Of a DNA stretch of 64,000 nt, positions 20,973-31,756 are shown one piece after another. The translations under genes were made by a program, and so were the position numbers. The stretch covers positions 24,023-88,022 of the forward strand of contig CAZOYD010000004.1 in assembly GCA_964583985.1 (NCBI GenBank). Reading direction: 5' to 3'. This DNA comes from an uncultured archaeon (lineage in GTDB: Archaea; Asgardarchaeota; Lokiarchaeia; Sigyniarchaeales; SOKP01). Position 1 is the stretch's first letter. The number at the start of each line of letters is the position of its first letter. Below the pieces are notes generated by a model, which was not told the DNA's origin, did no database searches, and saw nothing but the letters and a program-made list of their open reading frames with translations.

Positions 20973-22797
20973 GACTATACAGACGGGATTTATTTCTGCT
21001 ATTAATGGGACTCTAATAGAGATAAAAGGATTAGAAAGGTTTGTTAAACTACATGAGTTAATCAAGATATCTAATCATAATATCCTTGGTGAAGTAATTC
21101 AAATATATTCTAACCATGTAGTGGCGCAGTGTTATGAAAACACGAATAATTTGCGCCTAAATGAGAGCGTCATAAGTTTACAAGAACCATTATCAATGGA
21201 ATTGGCTCCAGGATTATTATCAAATATTTTTGATGGTATTCAGAGACCATTAAAAGAAATTTATGAAGGATTTGGACAATCTGGCTTTTTAAAACGTGGT
21301 ATTGAAGTGCCTTCATTATCTAGAACAAGGAAATGGCATTTTAAGCCACAAAAAAAAATAGGTGATGAACTTTTTCCTGGAGATGTGATAGGTGAAGTTC
21401 AAGAAACTACTTTAATCTCTCATAAGATAATGATACCTCATAAAATTTCAGGAAAAATTGTAAGTATTGTTAAAGAAGGAGATTATACTATTTCTGATGA
21501 GATATATGTCATTAAAACCAAAGATAAAGAAGAAAGCATGAAAATGCTTCAAAAATGGCCAGTGACTGATAGTCGACCTTTTAAAGCAAGATTAAAACCC
21601 AAAAGACCATTATTGACAGGTTTAAGAGTTATAGATCTTCTCTTTCCAATCGCAAAAGGAGGAACTGTTGCTGTACCTGGTGGATTTGGCACTGGAAAGA
21701 CGGTCATTCAGCAATCCATAGCTAAGTGGTGTAATGCTGATATTATCGTATTTATTGGATGTGGTGAGAGAGGTAATGAAATAGCCGATGTATTAAAAGA
21801 ATTTGGGACCTTGATTGATCCTCAAAGCGGAAAACCCTTATTAGAACGAATAGTTTTAATAGCGAATACCTCTAATATGCCTGTATCTGCTAGAGAAGCA
21901 AGTATTTTTTCGGGTGTAACAATCGCAGAATATTATAGAGATATGGGATATGATGTGGCAGTGTTAGCAGACAGTACTTCACGATGGGCTGAATCCTTGA
22001 GAGAAATTTCAGGATTATTAGAAGAAATGCCCGCAGAAGAGGGATATCCTGCTTATCTTCCAACAAAATTATCAAAATTTTACGAACGCGCAGGAGCAGT
22101 AAAACTCATTGGCTTAACAGGGGTAGGAGAAGAGAAGATTGGGTCAATTTCAATAATAGGCTCTGTAAGTCCTCCTTCAGGTGATTTTTCAGAGCCTGTA
22201 ACCTCTACAAGTAAACGTTTTGTTCAGGCATTTTGGGCATTAGATGCAAATTTAGCATATTCGAAGCATTATCCCGCTATAAATTGGTTTGATTCTTATT
22301 CAAATTATCCTGAATATCTTGCTGATTGGTGGTCCAAAAAAGATATTAATTGGCCAGAGATTGATTATAATTGGTATCAATGTAGAAGTGAAGTAAATGA
22401 AATTCTATCCAAAGAAAATGAATTACTTAATATTATTCAACTAATTGGAGAAGAAAATCTTCCTGAAATAAAAAAACTGGATATTTTTATAGGTAAAATG
22501 ATTAGAGAGAGCTTTTTAATTCAAAATGCATTTGATAAAATTGATGCTTTTACTAATGCTGAAAAACTACTCTCTCAAATTAAGTTAATATTATTACTGC
22601 ATAATGAAAGTAAGGATTTAATACAACAAGGATTTATTATCGATGATATAAAATCATTAGCTGTTATTGATGAAATTATGAGACTTAGTTTATCCATCCC
22701 GAATCAAGAATTCTTAAAAATTCTTAATATCAAGAATCAATTAATAAGAGAAATTGAATCTTTAAAATTAATCTCTAGAGTTCGAAGAAAAACATGA
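20956..22797 (+). CDS. atpA: V/A-type ATPase catalytic subunit A
   Basis: Walker [37 protein letters not shown]; no intein. Confidence 0.97.
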   Translation: MTELDETIQTGFISAINGTLIEIKGLERFVKLHELIKISNHNILGEVIQIYSNHVVAQCYENTNNLRLNESVISLQEPLSMELAPGLLSNIFDGIQRPLKEIYEGFGQSGFLKRGIEVPSLSRTRKWHFKPQKKIGDELFPGDVIGEVQETTLISHKIMIPHKISGKIVSIVKEGDYTISDEIYVIKTKDKEESMKMLQKWPVTDSRPFKARLKPKRPLLTGLRVIDLLFPIAKGGTVAVPGGFGTGKTVIQQSIAKWCNADIIVFIGCGERGNEIADVLKEFGTLIDPQSGKPLLERIVLIANTSNMPVSAREASIFSGVTIAEYYRDMGYDVAVLADSTSRWAESLREISGLLEEMPAEEGYPAYLPTKLSKFYERAGAVKLIGLTGVGEEKIGSISIIGSVSPPSGDFSEPVTSTSKRFVQAFWALDANLAYSKHYPAINWFDSYSNYPEYLADWWSKKDINWPEIDYNWYQCRSEVNEILSKENELLNIIQLIGEENLPEIKKLDIFIGKMIRESFLIQNAFDKIDAFTNAEKLLSQIKLILLLHNESKDLIQQGFIIDDIKSLAVIDEIMRLSLSIPNQEFLKILNIKNQLIREIESLKLISRVRRKT

Positions 22798-24182
22798 GTG
22801 TTATATATAAAAAAATTCAACAAATTATCGGTCCCCTATTGTTCCTGAAAAATGAACACAATCTACAATACGGAGAAATTGTAAAAATAAGAACAAAAGA
22901 ATCCGATGAAAAAATTGGACAAGTTGTCAGAATGAATGAAGAGAGTATTATTATAGAAGTGTTTGAAACTACTCAAGGGATTTCTTCTGAAAATGCTCAA
23001 ATAGTATTTACTGAGGATACTTTTAAAATAAAAATTTCTGATACTGATATGTTTGGCCATACGTTCAATTCTTTAGGTTTCCCAATTGAAATTGAAACAA
23101 AAAGCACTTTGGATGTGGATTTGGTATCTGATGTTGAAAAATATATTTATGGCTTTCCGATTAATCCCTTTGCGAGAGAATACCCTTCAAGTGTCATTCA
23201 AACTGGAGTTTCTGTCATTGATGGGTTATTCACACTAATTCGTGGTCAAAAACTCCCTATATTTAGCGGACAAGGGCTCCCTCATAATAAATTGGCTACA
23301 CAAATCGTTTCTCAAGCTCGAGTATTAACAGGTGAACCTTTTTTGATAATTTTCTGTGGAATCGGAATTATTGAGGATGAAGCTATAAGTTTTATAAATA
23401 GTTTCCAAAAAAGTGGGAATATTCAAAACATCATTTCTTTCATAAATTTCGCTTCTGATCCAATAATGGAAAGATTAATAATACCCCGAGTAGCATTAAC
23501 AACGGCAGAATACTTCGCTTTTGAAAAAGATATGCATGTATTGGTAATTTTGATTGATATGACCAATTATGCTGAAGCATTAAGAGAATTAAGCTCTGTT
23601 AAAGAAGAAATTCCTAGTAGAAAAGGATATCCTGGATATCTTTACTCAGATTTCGCTTCTCTATATGAACGTACTGGAAAATTAAAAGGAAAAAAAGGAT
23701 CTATCACTCAAATACCGATTTTAACGATGCCAAATGATGATATCTCACATCCAATTCCAGATACAACTGGTTATATTACTGAAGGGCAGCTCGTTTTAAG
23801 TAGGAAATTACATAAAATTGGAATTTATCCTCCATTTGAAGTACTATCTTCTATTTCACGTCTAATGAAAGATGCGATAGGGAAAGATACCACTAGAGAA
23901 GACCATGCTGACGTAAGTTCTCAATTATTATCCTCTTATTCAAGTGCCCTTGAAACAAGAGATTTGCTTTCAATTGTAGGAGAAGATGGTTTGAATTTCG
24001 ATCAAAAAAATCTTTTAGAGTATGGTGATGCTTTTGAACAACAATTTTTAAACCAAAAAGTAGATGAAAATAGAGATTTCTTGAAAACTCTCACTATTGC
24101 TTGGGAAACTCTTAGCATCTTGCCCCGAAATCAACTTTACCGGATTCATCAAAAATATATAGATAAATATTATATTGGATAG
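22794..24182 (+). CDS. atpB: V/A-type ATPase subunit B
   Basis: [47 protein letters not shown]. Confidence 0.97.
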   Translation: MSVIYKKIQQIIGPLLFLKNEHNLQYGEIVKIRTKESDEKIGQVVRMNEESIIIEVFETTQGISSENAQIVFTEDTFKIKISDTDMFGHTFNSLGFPIEIETKSTLDVDLVSDVEKYIYGFPINPFAREYPSSVIQTGVSVIDGLFTLIRGQKLPIFSGQGLPHNKLATQIVSQARVLTGEPFLIIFCGIGIIEDEAISFINSFQKSGNIQNIISFINFASDPIMERLIIPRVALTTAEYFAFEKDMHVLVILIDMTNYAEALRELSSVKEEIPSRKGYPGYLYSDFASLYERTGKLKGKKGSITQIPILTMPNDDISHPIPDTTGYITEGQLVLSRKLHKIGIYPPFEVLSSISRLMKDAIGKDTTREDHADVSSQLLSSYSSALETRDLLSIVGEDGLNFDQKNLLEYGDAFEQQFLNQKVDENRDFLKTLTIAWETLSILPRNQLYRIHQKYIDKYYIG

Positions 24183-24848
24183 GTGATTTGTATGAGTTTT
24201 AGATCGATTAAACCCACAAAAACGAATTTAATGAATTTGCAAAAAAAATTAAAATTTGCAATCAGAGGAGAAAAATTTTTAGAATTGAAAAGAGAACAGT
24301 TAATAAATCAGATTAAATATCATTGGGATGAATATAAGAAAATTAGAGATTCATTTTACCAATTATACCGCGAATCATTGATTAAATTACACCAAGCTTA
24401 CAAGGAAATGGGAAAAAGAGATTTGGTATTAATTAGCAAAATGAGCAGTATTCAATATAAACCTGTTGTAAATATTCGACAGGTAAAAAAGCTTGGCATG
24501 ATAATATCAGAAATAAATTTTAATTTAGATATGAATAATAAGCTTCCTGCTTATAGTTTTGAGAATTCGAGCCATTTCCTTGATATGTTAATTCTTAAAG
24601 GGCGGGAATTTTTTGATGCTTTAATAAAATTTGCTGAACAAGAAGATATTTTAATAAGTTATGCATCAAACTTCAAAAGAATTGATCGAAGGATAAATGG
24701 ATTAAAAAATAATATCATTCCTTCCTTTACATTAGATATTAAAATAATTCGGGAGATGATAGAAGAAATCGACCGAGAAAGTTTTGTAAGATTAAAAAAA
24801 ACTAAAGATTTGATACAAAAAAAGAAAATTAAAATGGTTGGGGGATAA
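24183..24848 (+). CDS. atpD: V/A-type ATPase subunit D (likely start ATG 24192)
   Basis: KPTKTNL, RGEKFLELKRE, RRINGL, IDRESFVRLK. Confidence 0.92.
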   Translation: MICMSFRSIKPTKTNLMNLQKKLKFAIRGEKFLELKREQLINQIKYHWDEYKKIRDSFYQLYRESLIKLHQAYKEMGKRDLVLISKMSSIQYKPVVNIRQVKKLGMIISEINFNLDMNNKLPAYSFENSSHFLDMLILKGREFFDALIKFAEQEDILISYASNFKRIDRRINGLKNNIIPSFTLDIKIIREMIEEIDRESFVRLKKTKDLIQKKKIKMVGG

Positions 24849-27192
24849 TATGACTCGTAAAACTGAAATGTCTCTTTTCAATGTAGTCGTTAATTCTAAT
24901 TATAAAGATCGACTATTAAATCAACTTTCCATCGTGCATAATGTACACATTAAGAAAAAAGAGGAAACACAAATAAAAAAAAGAACTGAAGAAACAGATT
25001 CTTTGATGAAAATTATTAGGACATTAAGACAAAACGTGGATCTTTTATTCAAAAAGCTAAGCATAAACGAAAGTGATTTTCAGGAATTAAAAATTAAACC
25101 AAAAGATAGATTAAAATTCGTTGCGCGTGATTTAAGCGATTTAATTAATCAAATATATGATGAAATCAATTTTTACCTTAATAGACTCACTGAATTGGAG
25201 AGATATTCATCAAAGGCTCAGATTGAATTAGAAAACCTAAAGATTATCAAATCTAGCTATGTTTTTCTTGAACAATATCAATTAAATCGTGATAGCTTAT
25301 CGAATTTAGAGCAACTAAACTTCAGAGTTTTTACAACATTTTCAAAAAACCTAGAGATCCTTGAATCTCTTCTCCAACCTTCTTCATTTTCAAATGTACA
25401 CCAAACAGATCAAAATTTTCCAAATATATATCAATTGGAAGATAGAATTGTATTTTTTATTGTTTATCCAATAGATCAAGAAGAAGGTCTAAAAGAACGG
25501 ATAAACATTATTCATGCTGAAGAAGTACCAATATTGAAGAAATATTTGACTCCAGAGGGTATAGATTTTACTCGCATTAATAATGAACTCAATATTGTCA
25601 ACAATACTATAATTAAGTACTCAAAAGAGAAAAATAAAATTCGAGAACAAAATTTAACGAAATTTTCCGCTATTAATGAAGTAGTAAAAAACATAGAAGA
25701 ATATAATTGGGCAGAGCACCAATTTGATGAAGAATCTGCTGATCGATCGCGAATCAATTTCTTCATCCCTACAATGAATGAGGATAAAGTTAAGCAGGCT
25801 CTTTTAGATAATTTAAAAGAAAAGATCCACATTGAAATTACTGATGTCCCTAAATATCATCCCATTTATAAAAAAGAAGAAAAACAAGATGGATTTGAGC
25901 AGCTCAAACAAAAAGAAAAAGAATCTAAAGATGGAGATGAGAATAAAAAATCCCCTTCAGAAGAACCTAAAAAGCGCGATTTTAGAGAAACTGCCCCAAC
26001 AGTCATGAAAAACCCATTCTTTATAAGACCATTTGAAACATTAACAAAGATGTACGGTGTACCTTCATATTCTGAAATTGATCCAACACCATTTCTTGCA
26101 ATAACATTTCCTCTTTTATTTGGACTAATGTTTGGTGATATTGGACATGGAATGAGCTTGATGATTGCGGGTGTATTGGGAGGGATATTGTTCCGTAAAA
26201 AGAAAGGAATACGTGATGTTAGTTGGATAATATTCTATTGTGGTATTGGATCTGTATTATGTGGCTTTTTATATGGAGAATTCTTTGGCTCTGATAACTT
26301 TTTTGGTTATAAATTGCAAGAGATAAGATTTTTTATCCCTTTATTAGGAAACATAACACTAAGTAATCCATTGAGTAACATCTTGTCGATTTTCAAATTT
26401 ACATTGATCATAGGTGTAATTCACGTTAATTTAGGATGGATTATTCAATTTATAAATTATTGGAAGCAATCGAAAAAATACATGTCAATGACCGATTCAT
26501 TCATGAAAATCTGCTTATTAACAGGCGGGACTTTTTTAATATTCATTTATGGAATCAATTTTAATACATGGCTTTCTTATCCCTATCCCATTTTGTTGGT
26601 AATTGTCCCGGGGATTTTACTCATACTATTAAAACCAATCGGAGGATTATTGGGGATCTCATATTTAAAAAAAGAATCATTTGGTTCTTTATTAGGAGAA
26701 GGAACCGTCGAAACTTTTGAAACAGCTCTATCTATTTTGAGTAATATTGCTTCATATATCCGATTGCTTGCTTTAGCATTAGCCCACATTGCTTTAATGA
26801 TTACAATTCAAGCATTAATAGGATTACTTCCAACTCCAGGTACGATTACCATTGGTATGGATCCTTTAGCCATTACTGGTATTATTCTGATTGAAGGTTT
26901 AAGAATAATTGGCATAGTTATAGGTAATGTTTTCGTGATATTATTAGAAGGGGTGCTTGTGTTTATCAATACATTGAGGTTACATTTCTATGAATTTTTC
27001 TTCAAGTTCTATCAAGGTACTGGAACTGAATTCTTTTCATTTTATTTGGATGATAATTATTCAATAATACAATTTAAAGTAGAGCATGAAAAAGATTTAA
27101 TTTCAGAAGAAATTGAAAGGGAGATCGATAATAGAAAAACTAGAGAAGACCTTGAAGAAGCTTTACAAGTCATTAAAGATAAATTCTTTTAA
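24838..27192 (+). CDS. atpI: V/A-type ATPase subunit I (a) (likely start ATG 24850)
   Basis: PSYSEIDPTP, FGLMFGDIGHG, essential Arg in SYIRLLAL, LRLHFYEFFFKFY. Confidence 0.95.
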   Translation: MGDNMTRKTEMSLFNVVVNSNYKDRLLNQLSIVHNVHIKKKEETQIKKRTEETDSLMKIIRTLRQNVDLLFKKLSINESDFQELKIKPKDRLKFVARDLSDLINQIYDEINFYLNRLTELERYSSKAQIELENLKIIKSSYVFLEQYQLNRDSLSNLEQLNFRVFTTFSKNLEILESLLQPSSFSNVHQTDQNFPNIYQLEDRIVFFIVYPIDQEEGLKERINIIHAEEVPILKKYLTPEGIDFTRINNELNIVNNTIIKYSKEKNKIREQNLTKFSAINEVVKNIEEYNWAEHQFDEESADRSRINFFIPTMNEDKVKQALLDNLKEKIHIEITDVPKYHPIYKKEEKQDGFEQLKQKEKESKDGDENKKSPSEEPKKRDFRETAPTVMKNPFFIRPFETLTKMYGVPSYSEIDPTPFLAITFPLLFGLMFGDIGHGMSLMIAGVLGGILFRKKKGIRDVSWIIFYCGIGSVLCGFLYGEFFGSDNFFGYKLQEIRFFIPLLGNITLSNPLSNILSIFKFTLIIGVIHVNLGWIIQFINYWKQSKKYMSMTDSFMKICLLTGGTFLIFIYGINFNTWLSYPYPILLVIVPGILLILLKPIGGLLGISYLKKESFGSLLGEGTVETFETALSILSNIASYIRLLALALAHIALMITIQALIGLLPTPGTITIGMDPLAITGIILIEGLRIIGIVIGNVFVILLEGVLVFINTLRLHFYEFFFKFYQGTGTEFFSFYLDDNYSIIQFKVEHEKDLISEEIEREIDNRKTREDLEEALQVIKDKFF

Positions 27193-27221
27193 ATAAATTA
27201 ATTATATTAATTAGTAACCAT

Positions 27222-27650
27222 ATGATTGAATCAAACGAAATTGATGAGAAATCTTTTAAAAAAAGACTCATCATGATTAGAACATTTCTTTTCATTTTAG
27301 TCATCTCAGTCTTAGGAATAATCTATTATATTTTAATTGACTTTGGATCCATACACCTAATCTCATTTTTAATCGTGTTATTTATATTTCTCATTGTCTT
27401 AGGTCCCATAATAAATTATGGAAAAAACCGAAGTCTATTTGATCGGTTTAAACGGAAAAAAAAAGTGGGAGGAAATGAGAGGAATGAAGATACCTTCAAA
27501 ATCAAAACTACTCCTGCGCGACATCCTATTGATGAAAGAATAAATTTAGAATTCACATATAGAAAAGCCCTCATTCATAAGTGTCCTAAATGTGGATTTA
27601 TGTTAACAAGCTCTATGAAAAAATGCCCAAATTGTGGACAAACGATATAA
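27222..27650 (+). CDS. Two-TM membrane protein with C-terminal zinc ribbon
   Basis: Two hydrophobic helices followed by CPKC...CPNC. Confidence 0.75.
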   Translation: MIESNEIDEKSFKKRLIMIRTFLFILVISVLGIIYYILIDFGSIHLISFLIVLFIFLIVLGPIINYGKNRSLFDRFKRKKKVGGNERNEDTFKIKTTPARHPIDERINLEFTYRKALIHKCPKCGFMLTSSMKKCPNCGQTI

Positions 27651-27682
27651 ATTAAATTATTTGATACGTTTATATTTGTTGA

Positions 27683-28306
27683 TTATGGTTTAAACCATTC
27701 AAAGAAGTAATAACTGATTGTCAAAGGATTAGCTATCACATATTTTTTTCGGACGGATGTTGCTAGTCGACCAGCTCTTACCATATCAACTGCTGTAATT
27801 TTAGAGTCGTGAGGAAGAACATGAACAATAAATGGAGAATGCTCTAATCCTGGCCCTTTCTTATATACAACAAAATCTGCTCCAAATTTTAGTCCTGGAC
27901 GAGGAATATAACCTTTTTCCCTAAGATCCTCATAAATTATGAGCTTTTCTTCGAACTTATGGTGAATCTGTTTTCCAATCTCGAAAAATTCTTCCAAATT
28001 TAAGTATTTACCTTTTTTAGTGTCATATATTGAAATTTTATCCTTTTTTAGCAAGTAATATGCTTCTATGAGAGATAATTCACTGGGTTTAGAAAAATAT
28101 TCCAAACGTGGTTTACTTATTCCTAAAGGAGCTCCATAGAAATTACATTTAACATATAGATAGGATGCGAATAGGGGATTGAACACGATTACTCTTGAAT
28201 TAATGAATTTGGTGGGTATTTTATCGGGTATATCTCCTTCCTTAATATCATCCAAGGAAATTGGGGTGATCTTTTCTTCACTCATCAAGATAGAACTATT
28301 AATCAT
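27683..28306 (-). CDS. endA: tRNA-intron endonuclease, catalytic subunit
   Basis: LSLIEAYYL, YEDLREKGY, GLKFGADFVVY..GPG.EH, RLATSVRKK (Tyr/His/Lys triad). Confidence 0.93.
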   Translation of the reverse strand: MINSSILMSEEKITPISLDDIKEGDIPDKIPTKFINSRVIVFNPLFASYLYVKCNFYGAPLGISKPRLEYFSKPSELSLIEAYYLLKKDKISIYDTKKGKYLNLEEFFEIGKQIHHKFEEKLIIYEDLREKGYIPRPGLKFGADFVVYKKGPGLEHSPFIVHVLPHDSKITAVDMVRAGRLATSVRKKYVIANPLTISYYFFEWFKP

Positions 28307-28554
28307 GACTTAATAATTCTTTTAATTGAAATTTATTTGATAAGAATGATAATAATGCTGTTTTGTAAAAAAAAAGATTATAAATTTTCGTAAATCAAAA
28401 TAAAAAATAATGCAAATATTGAAAGTGAGAGTATCTAACCTCAAAAGATTAATGAAAGATATATATTTGGAAATTATTGTGAAAGATGAGTTAACTTAAA
28501 ATTATAGTAATGACAAGTTTATTATTAAAAACCTAATGTTTTAATGGGAAAATC

Positions 28555-29427
28555 ATGAATATTAGACGCATGGCATTAGCTGGTAGTTGGTACCCCTATA
28601 CTGAGGAAGCATGTTTAAGAAAAATGAAAAGTTTTTTGAAAGATAACAAATTTGGGCCTTATGAAGAATATATCTCCTCAAAAATGGCTGAGAGATCTAT
28701 AATTGGCGGTGTTTCACCTCATGCGGGTATGGACTATTCTGGACCTTGTGCCATTCATACCTATTTAAACATTTTCAAGGAAAGAATTCCTGATAGTATT
28801 ATCGTAATAGGGTTCGATCATCGTGTACTTGTAAAAGATTCAATATTAGAAGAGGGAGAATGGGAAACACCTTTAGGAAATTTAATTATAGATAATGAAT
28901 TATCTGAAAAAATTCTGAAAACCAGTAGTAAAATAATAGCAGATAGCTCTGCTTTCATTGGGAGAGATGAAAACAGCCTAGAGTTACAAATGCCTTTTAT
29001 AAAATTCTTTGCTGGGAAAAATAATGTAAGAATTGTTCCTATTAAAATTTCTACTCACGATTTTAAAACGATTGATACGATTTCTGAAAATATAGCTCAA
29101 GTAATTAAAACTTCAAATAAGGATATTGTTGTTGTAGCATCATCCGATTTATATCATGAGCAAGTTAATAACAAGGATGATTTAGTAAAATTCAAGGCAA
29201 AAGATGAAAAAGTCATAAACGATTTTGTGAATTTAAAGCCTGAAAACATAATAAATCTTGGACGAAAAGCATCTGTATGCGGACAACATACAATTTCGAC
29301 TTTACTTCAAATAAGTATTAAATTAGGAGCTAAGAAGGGGAAATTATTAAAGCACTACACGAGTGCTGAGATCACACAGAATTTCGGGTATTGTGTGGGA
29401 TATTTTTCAGGAATTACATATAAATAA
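28555..29427 (+). CDS. MEMO1 family (AmmeMemoRadiSam protein B)
   Basis: AGSWYP, SPHAG..YSG, WETPLG, SLELQMPF, SSDLYH, VCG, VGY. Confidence 0.9.
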   Translation: MNIRRMALAGSWYPYTEEACLRKMKSFLKDNKFGPYEEYISSKMAERSIIGGVSPHAGMDYSGPCAIHTYLNIFKERIPDSIIVIGFDHRVLVKDSILEEGEWETPLGNLIIDNELSEKILKTSSKIIADSSAFIGRDENSLELQMPFIKFFAGKNNVRIVPIKISTHDFKTIDTISENIAQVIKTSNKDIVVVASSDLYHEQVNNKDDLVKFKAKDEKVINDFVNLKPENIINLGRKASVCGQHTISTLLQISIKLGAKKGKLLKHYTSAEITQNFGYCVGYFSGITYK

Positions 29428-29458
29428 ATTTTATTAAAATTAAATTTGTATCTGATAA

Positions 29459-30544
29459 ATGATGCCGGAAGATAATGATAGAATTGAAGATTTTATGACT
29501 TTATGGAAAAAAAAAAATGAACAACAAAATAACACTCCTTCGGTGATTGGCGATACTTTAAACCAGATGGAAATTTTAAAGAAGGAAAATCAAGAATTAA
29601 GAAAAAAGATCTCTGAAAATATTGCTTTATTAAGTAATACAGAAGATATCATTAAAAAATTATCTTCAGAAAAAGAGATATTGAAAGTTGAGAAAGAAGA
29701 AGCTTTAATGGATTTAACAATGAGTATAAGAGATTTACAGAACGAAAATTTAGAACTCAATAATAAAGTCAAAAGCATGGTCTCAATATTACTTGAAAAA
29801 GATGAAGAGATAAAAAGATTAGAATCTATTGGAGTAACAGTATATTCCCCTCCTGATGATAATACAAAATTAACTGATGAATTGCAATCTCGAATTAACC
29901 AGAGGAATTTGCATATACTTTCATTAGAAAAAAACATTACTGAGTTAACATCCAAAAACGAAGAATTAAATGCTCAACTTGTAGAGAAAATTAAAAGCAT
30001 GCCAATTGAACACGCCGCAACAGCAAATAATTCAGTAGAACAAATAATCAAACCGCTACCCTCCAAAGGATCCTCAATCCCATTAGAATCCTTATGCCAA
30101 GATCTACAAGCAGATTTGAACAAATATAAAAAAATAATTGAGCAGCTCACTAAAGATAAGACACAATTAATAGGGTTAATAGAAAATCAAGGTGTTGAAT
30201 TAGATATTGCTGAGATTAAATCACTAAAGACTGAAAATGAAAATTTAAAACGTGATGTACTTGAATTACAAAATTCATTAAAATTCCAATCAAAAGAGTC
30301 TATTCAAGAATTAGCAAACGCCGAAGCAGAGATGAAGATAAAAGAACTTCAATCCAAAATTCAAGAAAAAGAAACTTTAATTGCTAATATGAAATTATCA
30401 CAAGGATTACAATCGAATGAATCAACTAGTCCAATGTCTGGCTTAGTAGAAGAATTGCAAAAGAGTATTAACAAATTAAAGATTACGATAAGGGAAAAAG
30501 ATCAAGAAATTCAGAATTTAAACAGAATGTTAACCTCAACATAA
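29459..30544 (+). CDS. Long coiled-coil hypothetical protein
   Basis: 361 aa, E/K/L/Q-rich heptads. Confidence 0.75.
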   Translation: MMPEDNDRIEDFMTLWKKKNEQQNNTPSVIGDTLNQMEILKKENQELRKKISENIALLSNTEDIIKKLSSEKEILKVEKEEALMDLTMSIRDLQNENLELNNKVKSMVSILLEKDEEIKRLESIGVTVYSPPDDNTKLTDELQSRINQRNLHILSLEKNITELTSKNEELNAQLVEKIKSMPIEHAATANNSVEQIIKPLPSKGSSIPLESLCQDLQADLNKYKKIIEQLTKDKTQLIGLIENQGVELDIAEIKSLKTENENLKRDVLELQNSLKFQSKESIQELANAEAEMKIKELQSKIQEKETLIANMKLSQGLQSNESTSPMSGLVEELQKSINKLKITIREKDQEIQNLNRMLTST

Positions 30545-30757
30545 AGATTTTTTTTGCTGTATGCATTCTACTTTTAAAGAAGGTCAAATTTTTGAGGAAT
30601 AAGACATTATCTTAAGAAAGAATATTATTTTATATTATCAACTCAATGGAATATAGAATGATGTCAAAAGAGTGCTTTCTGGATATATTTGATGTTCTAT
30701 AGAAGAATTTGGACCAAATAATAAAACTAACATTAAAATAAGAACGATACTAGAAGA

Positions 30758-31750
30758 ATGATGAAAGAGAAAGCTCGGATGGGCCCATTCGTTCTATTTA
30801 TAGGACATTTCGCAATTGACACTATCATTAGGTTTAAGGAAAAAAGAAAGCCAAGTTTGGGAGGAAGTGTTTCATTTGGATCCATAGCGTTAAGTAAGTA
30901 CACGAAAAATGCTCATATTGGAATTATTTCTAATATTGGAAGAAAAAATTTTAATCCTCATTTACTAACTGTTCTCAAAAAAAAAAAAATAATCTTAACA
31001 ATCAAATACTTTGACATGTTAAATACTAACTTCATATTAAATTACGAAGATCATTCAAGATCTCTCATTCTTAAATCAAGAAGTCCCAATCTTGAAATAA
31101 ATGATATCCCTCTTGAAATCGCACTAAATCCTCCCGAAATCATTGTATTAGTACCATTGTGCAATGAAATTACAATTGAGTATATAAAAAATATTCTAAG
31201 GATGTTTCCCAAAGCTTATATAGGAATAGATTTACAGGGATTTATCCGTAAGATCGATCCTGACAGTGGGGTCGTCTCTTACTTATTTGATGAGGAGTTA
31301 TTATCTAATGTTAAAAAGATTATTACATTAATAGGGGATAAATTAATACTCAAGGGTTCAGAAAATGAAATGAAATTACTTTCTGGAAAAGAGGAAGTAT
31401 TCGAGGTTATGGAATTTTTTAAGGGATTTGATAATAAAGGGATTTATATCATGACATTAGGAGAATCAGGATCTATTATTACAAGACAAGGAGAACGAAT
31501 ATTACAAATTCCTGCTTTTACACCTAATACAGTCGTAGATGAAACTGGTGCGGGAGATGTATATCTAGCAATCTTTCTTTATGAATTCTACAATTCTGAT
31601 TATTCTTGGAAAGCAGTTAAAAACGCAGCTTTATGTGCTTCTTCGGCAGCATCTTTCTTAGTAGAGAAGAAAGGTACAAATGGATCTGAATCAATGAAAA
31701 AAGTATTGAAAAGAAAAAACCAGAAAAAATATATTGTAAAATGTGGGTGA
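30758..31750 (+). CDS. PfkB-family carbohydrate kinase
   Basis: GHFAIDTI, LGGSV, IDLQG, MTLGESGS, VDETGAGDVY. Confidence 0.9.
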   Translation: MMKEKARMGPFVLFIGHFAIDTIIRFKEKRKPSLGGSVSFGSIALSKYTKNAHIGIISNIGRKNFNPHLLTVLKKKKIILTIKYFDMLNTNFILNYEDHSRSLILKSRSPNLEINDIPLEIALNPPEIIVLVPLCNEITIEYIKNILRMFPKAYIGIDLQGFIRKIDPDSGVVSYLFDEELLSNVKKIITLIGDKLILKGSENEMKLLSGKEEVFEVMEFFKGFDNKGIYIMTLGESGSIITRQGERILQIPAFTPNTVVDETGAGDVYLAIFLYEFYNSDYSWKAVKNAALCASSAASFLVEKKGTNGSESMKKVLKRKNQKKYIVKCG

Positions 31751-31756
31751 TCTCTT

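Noticed and set aside
28555-29427. MEMO1 reads ENS where EHS is usual
   Set aside because: Single substitution with other motifs intact; significance cannot be judged without an alignment.
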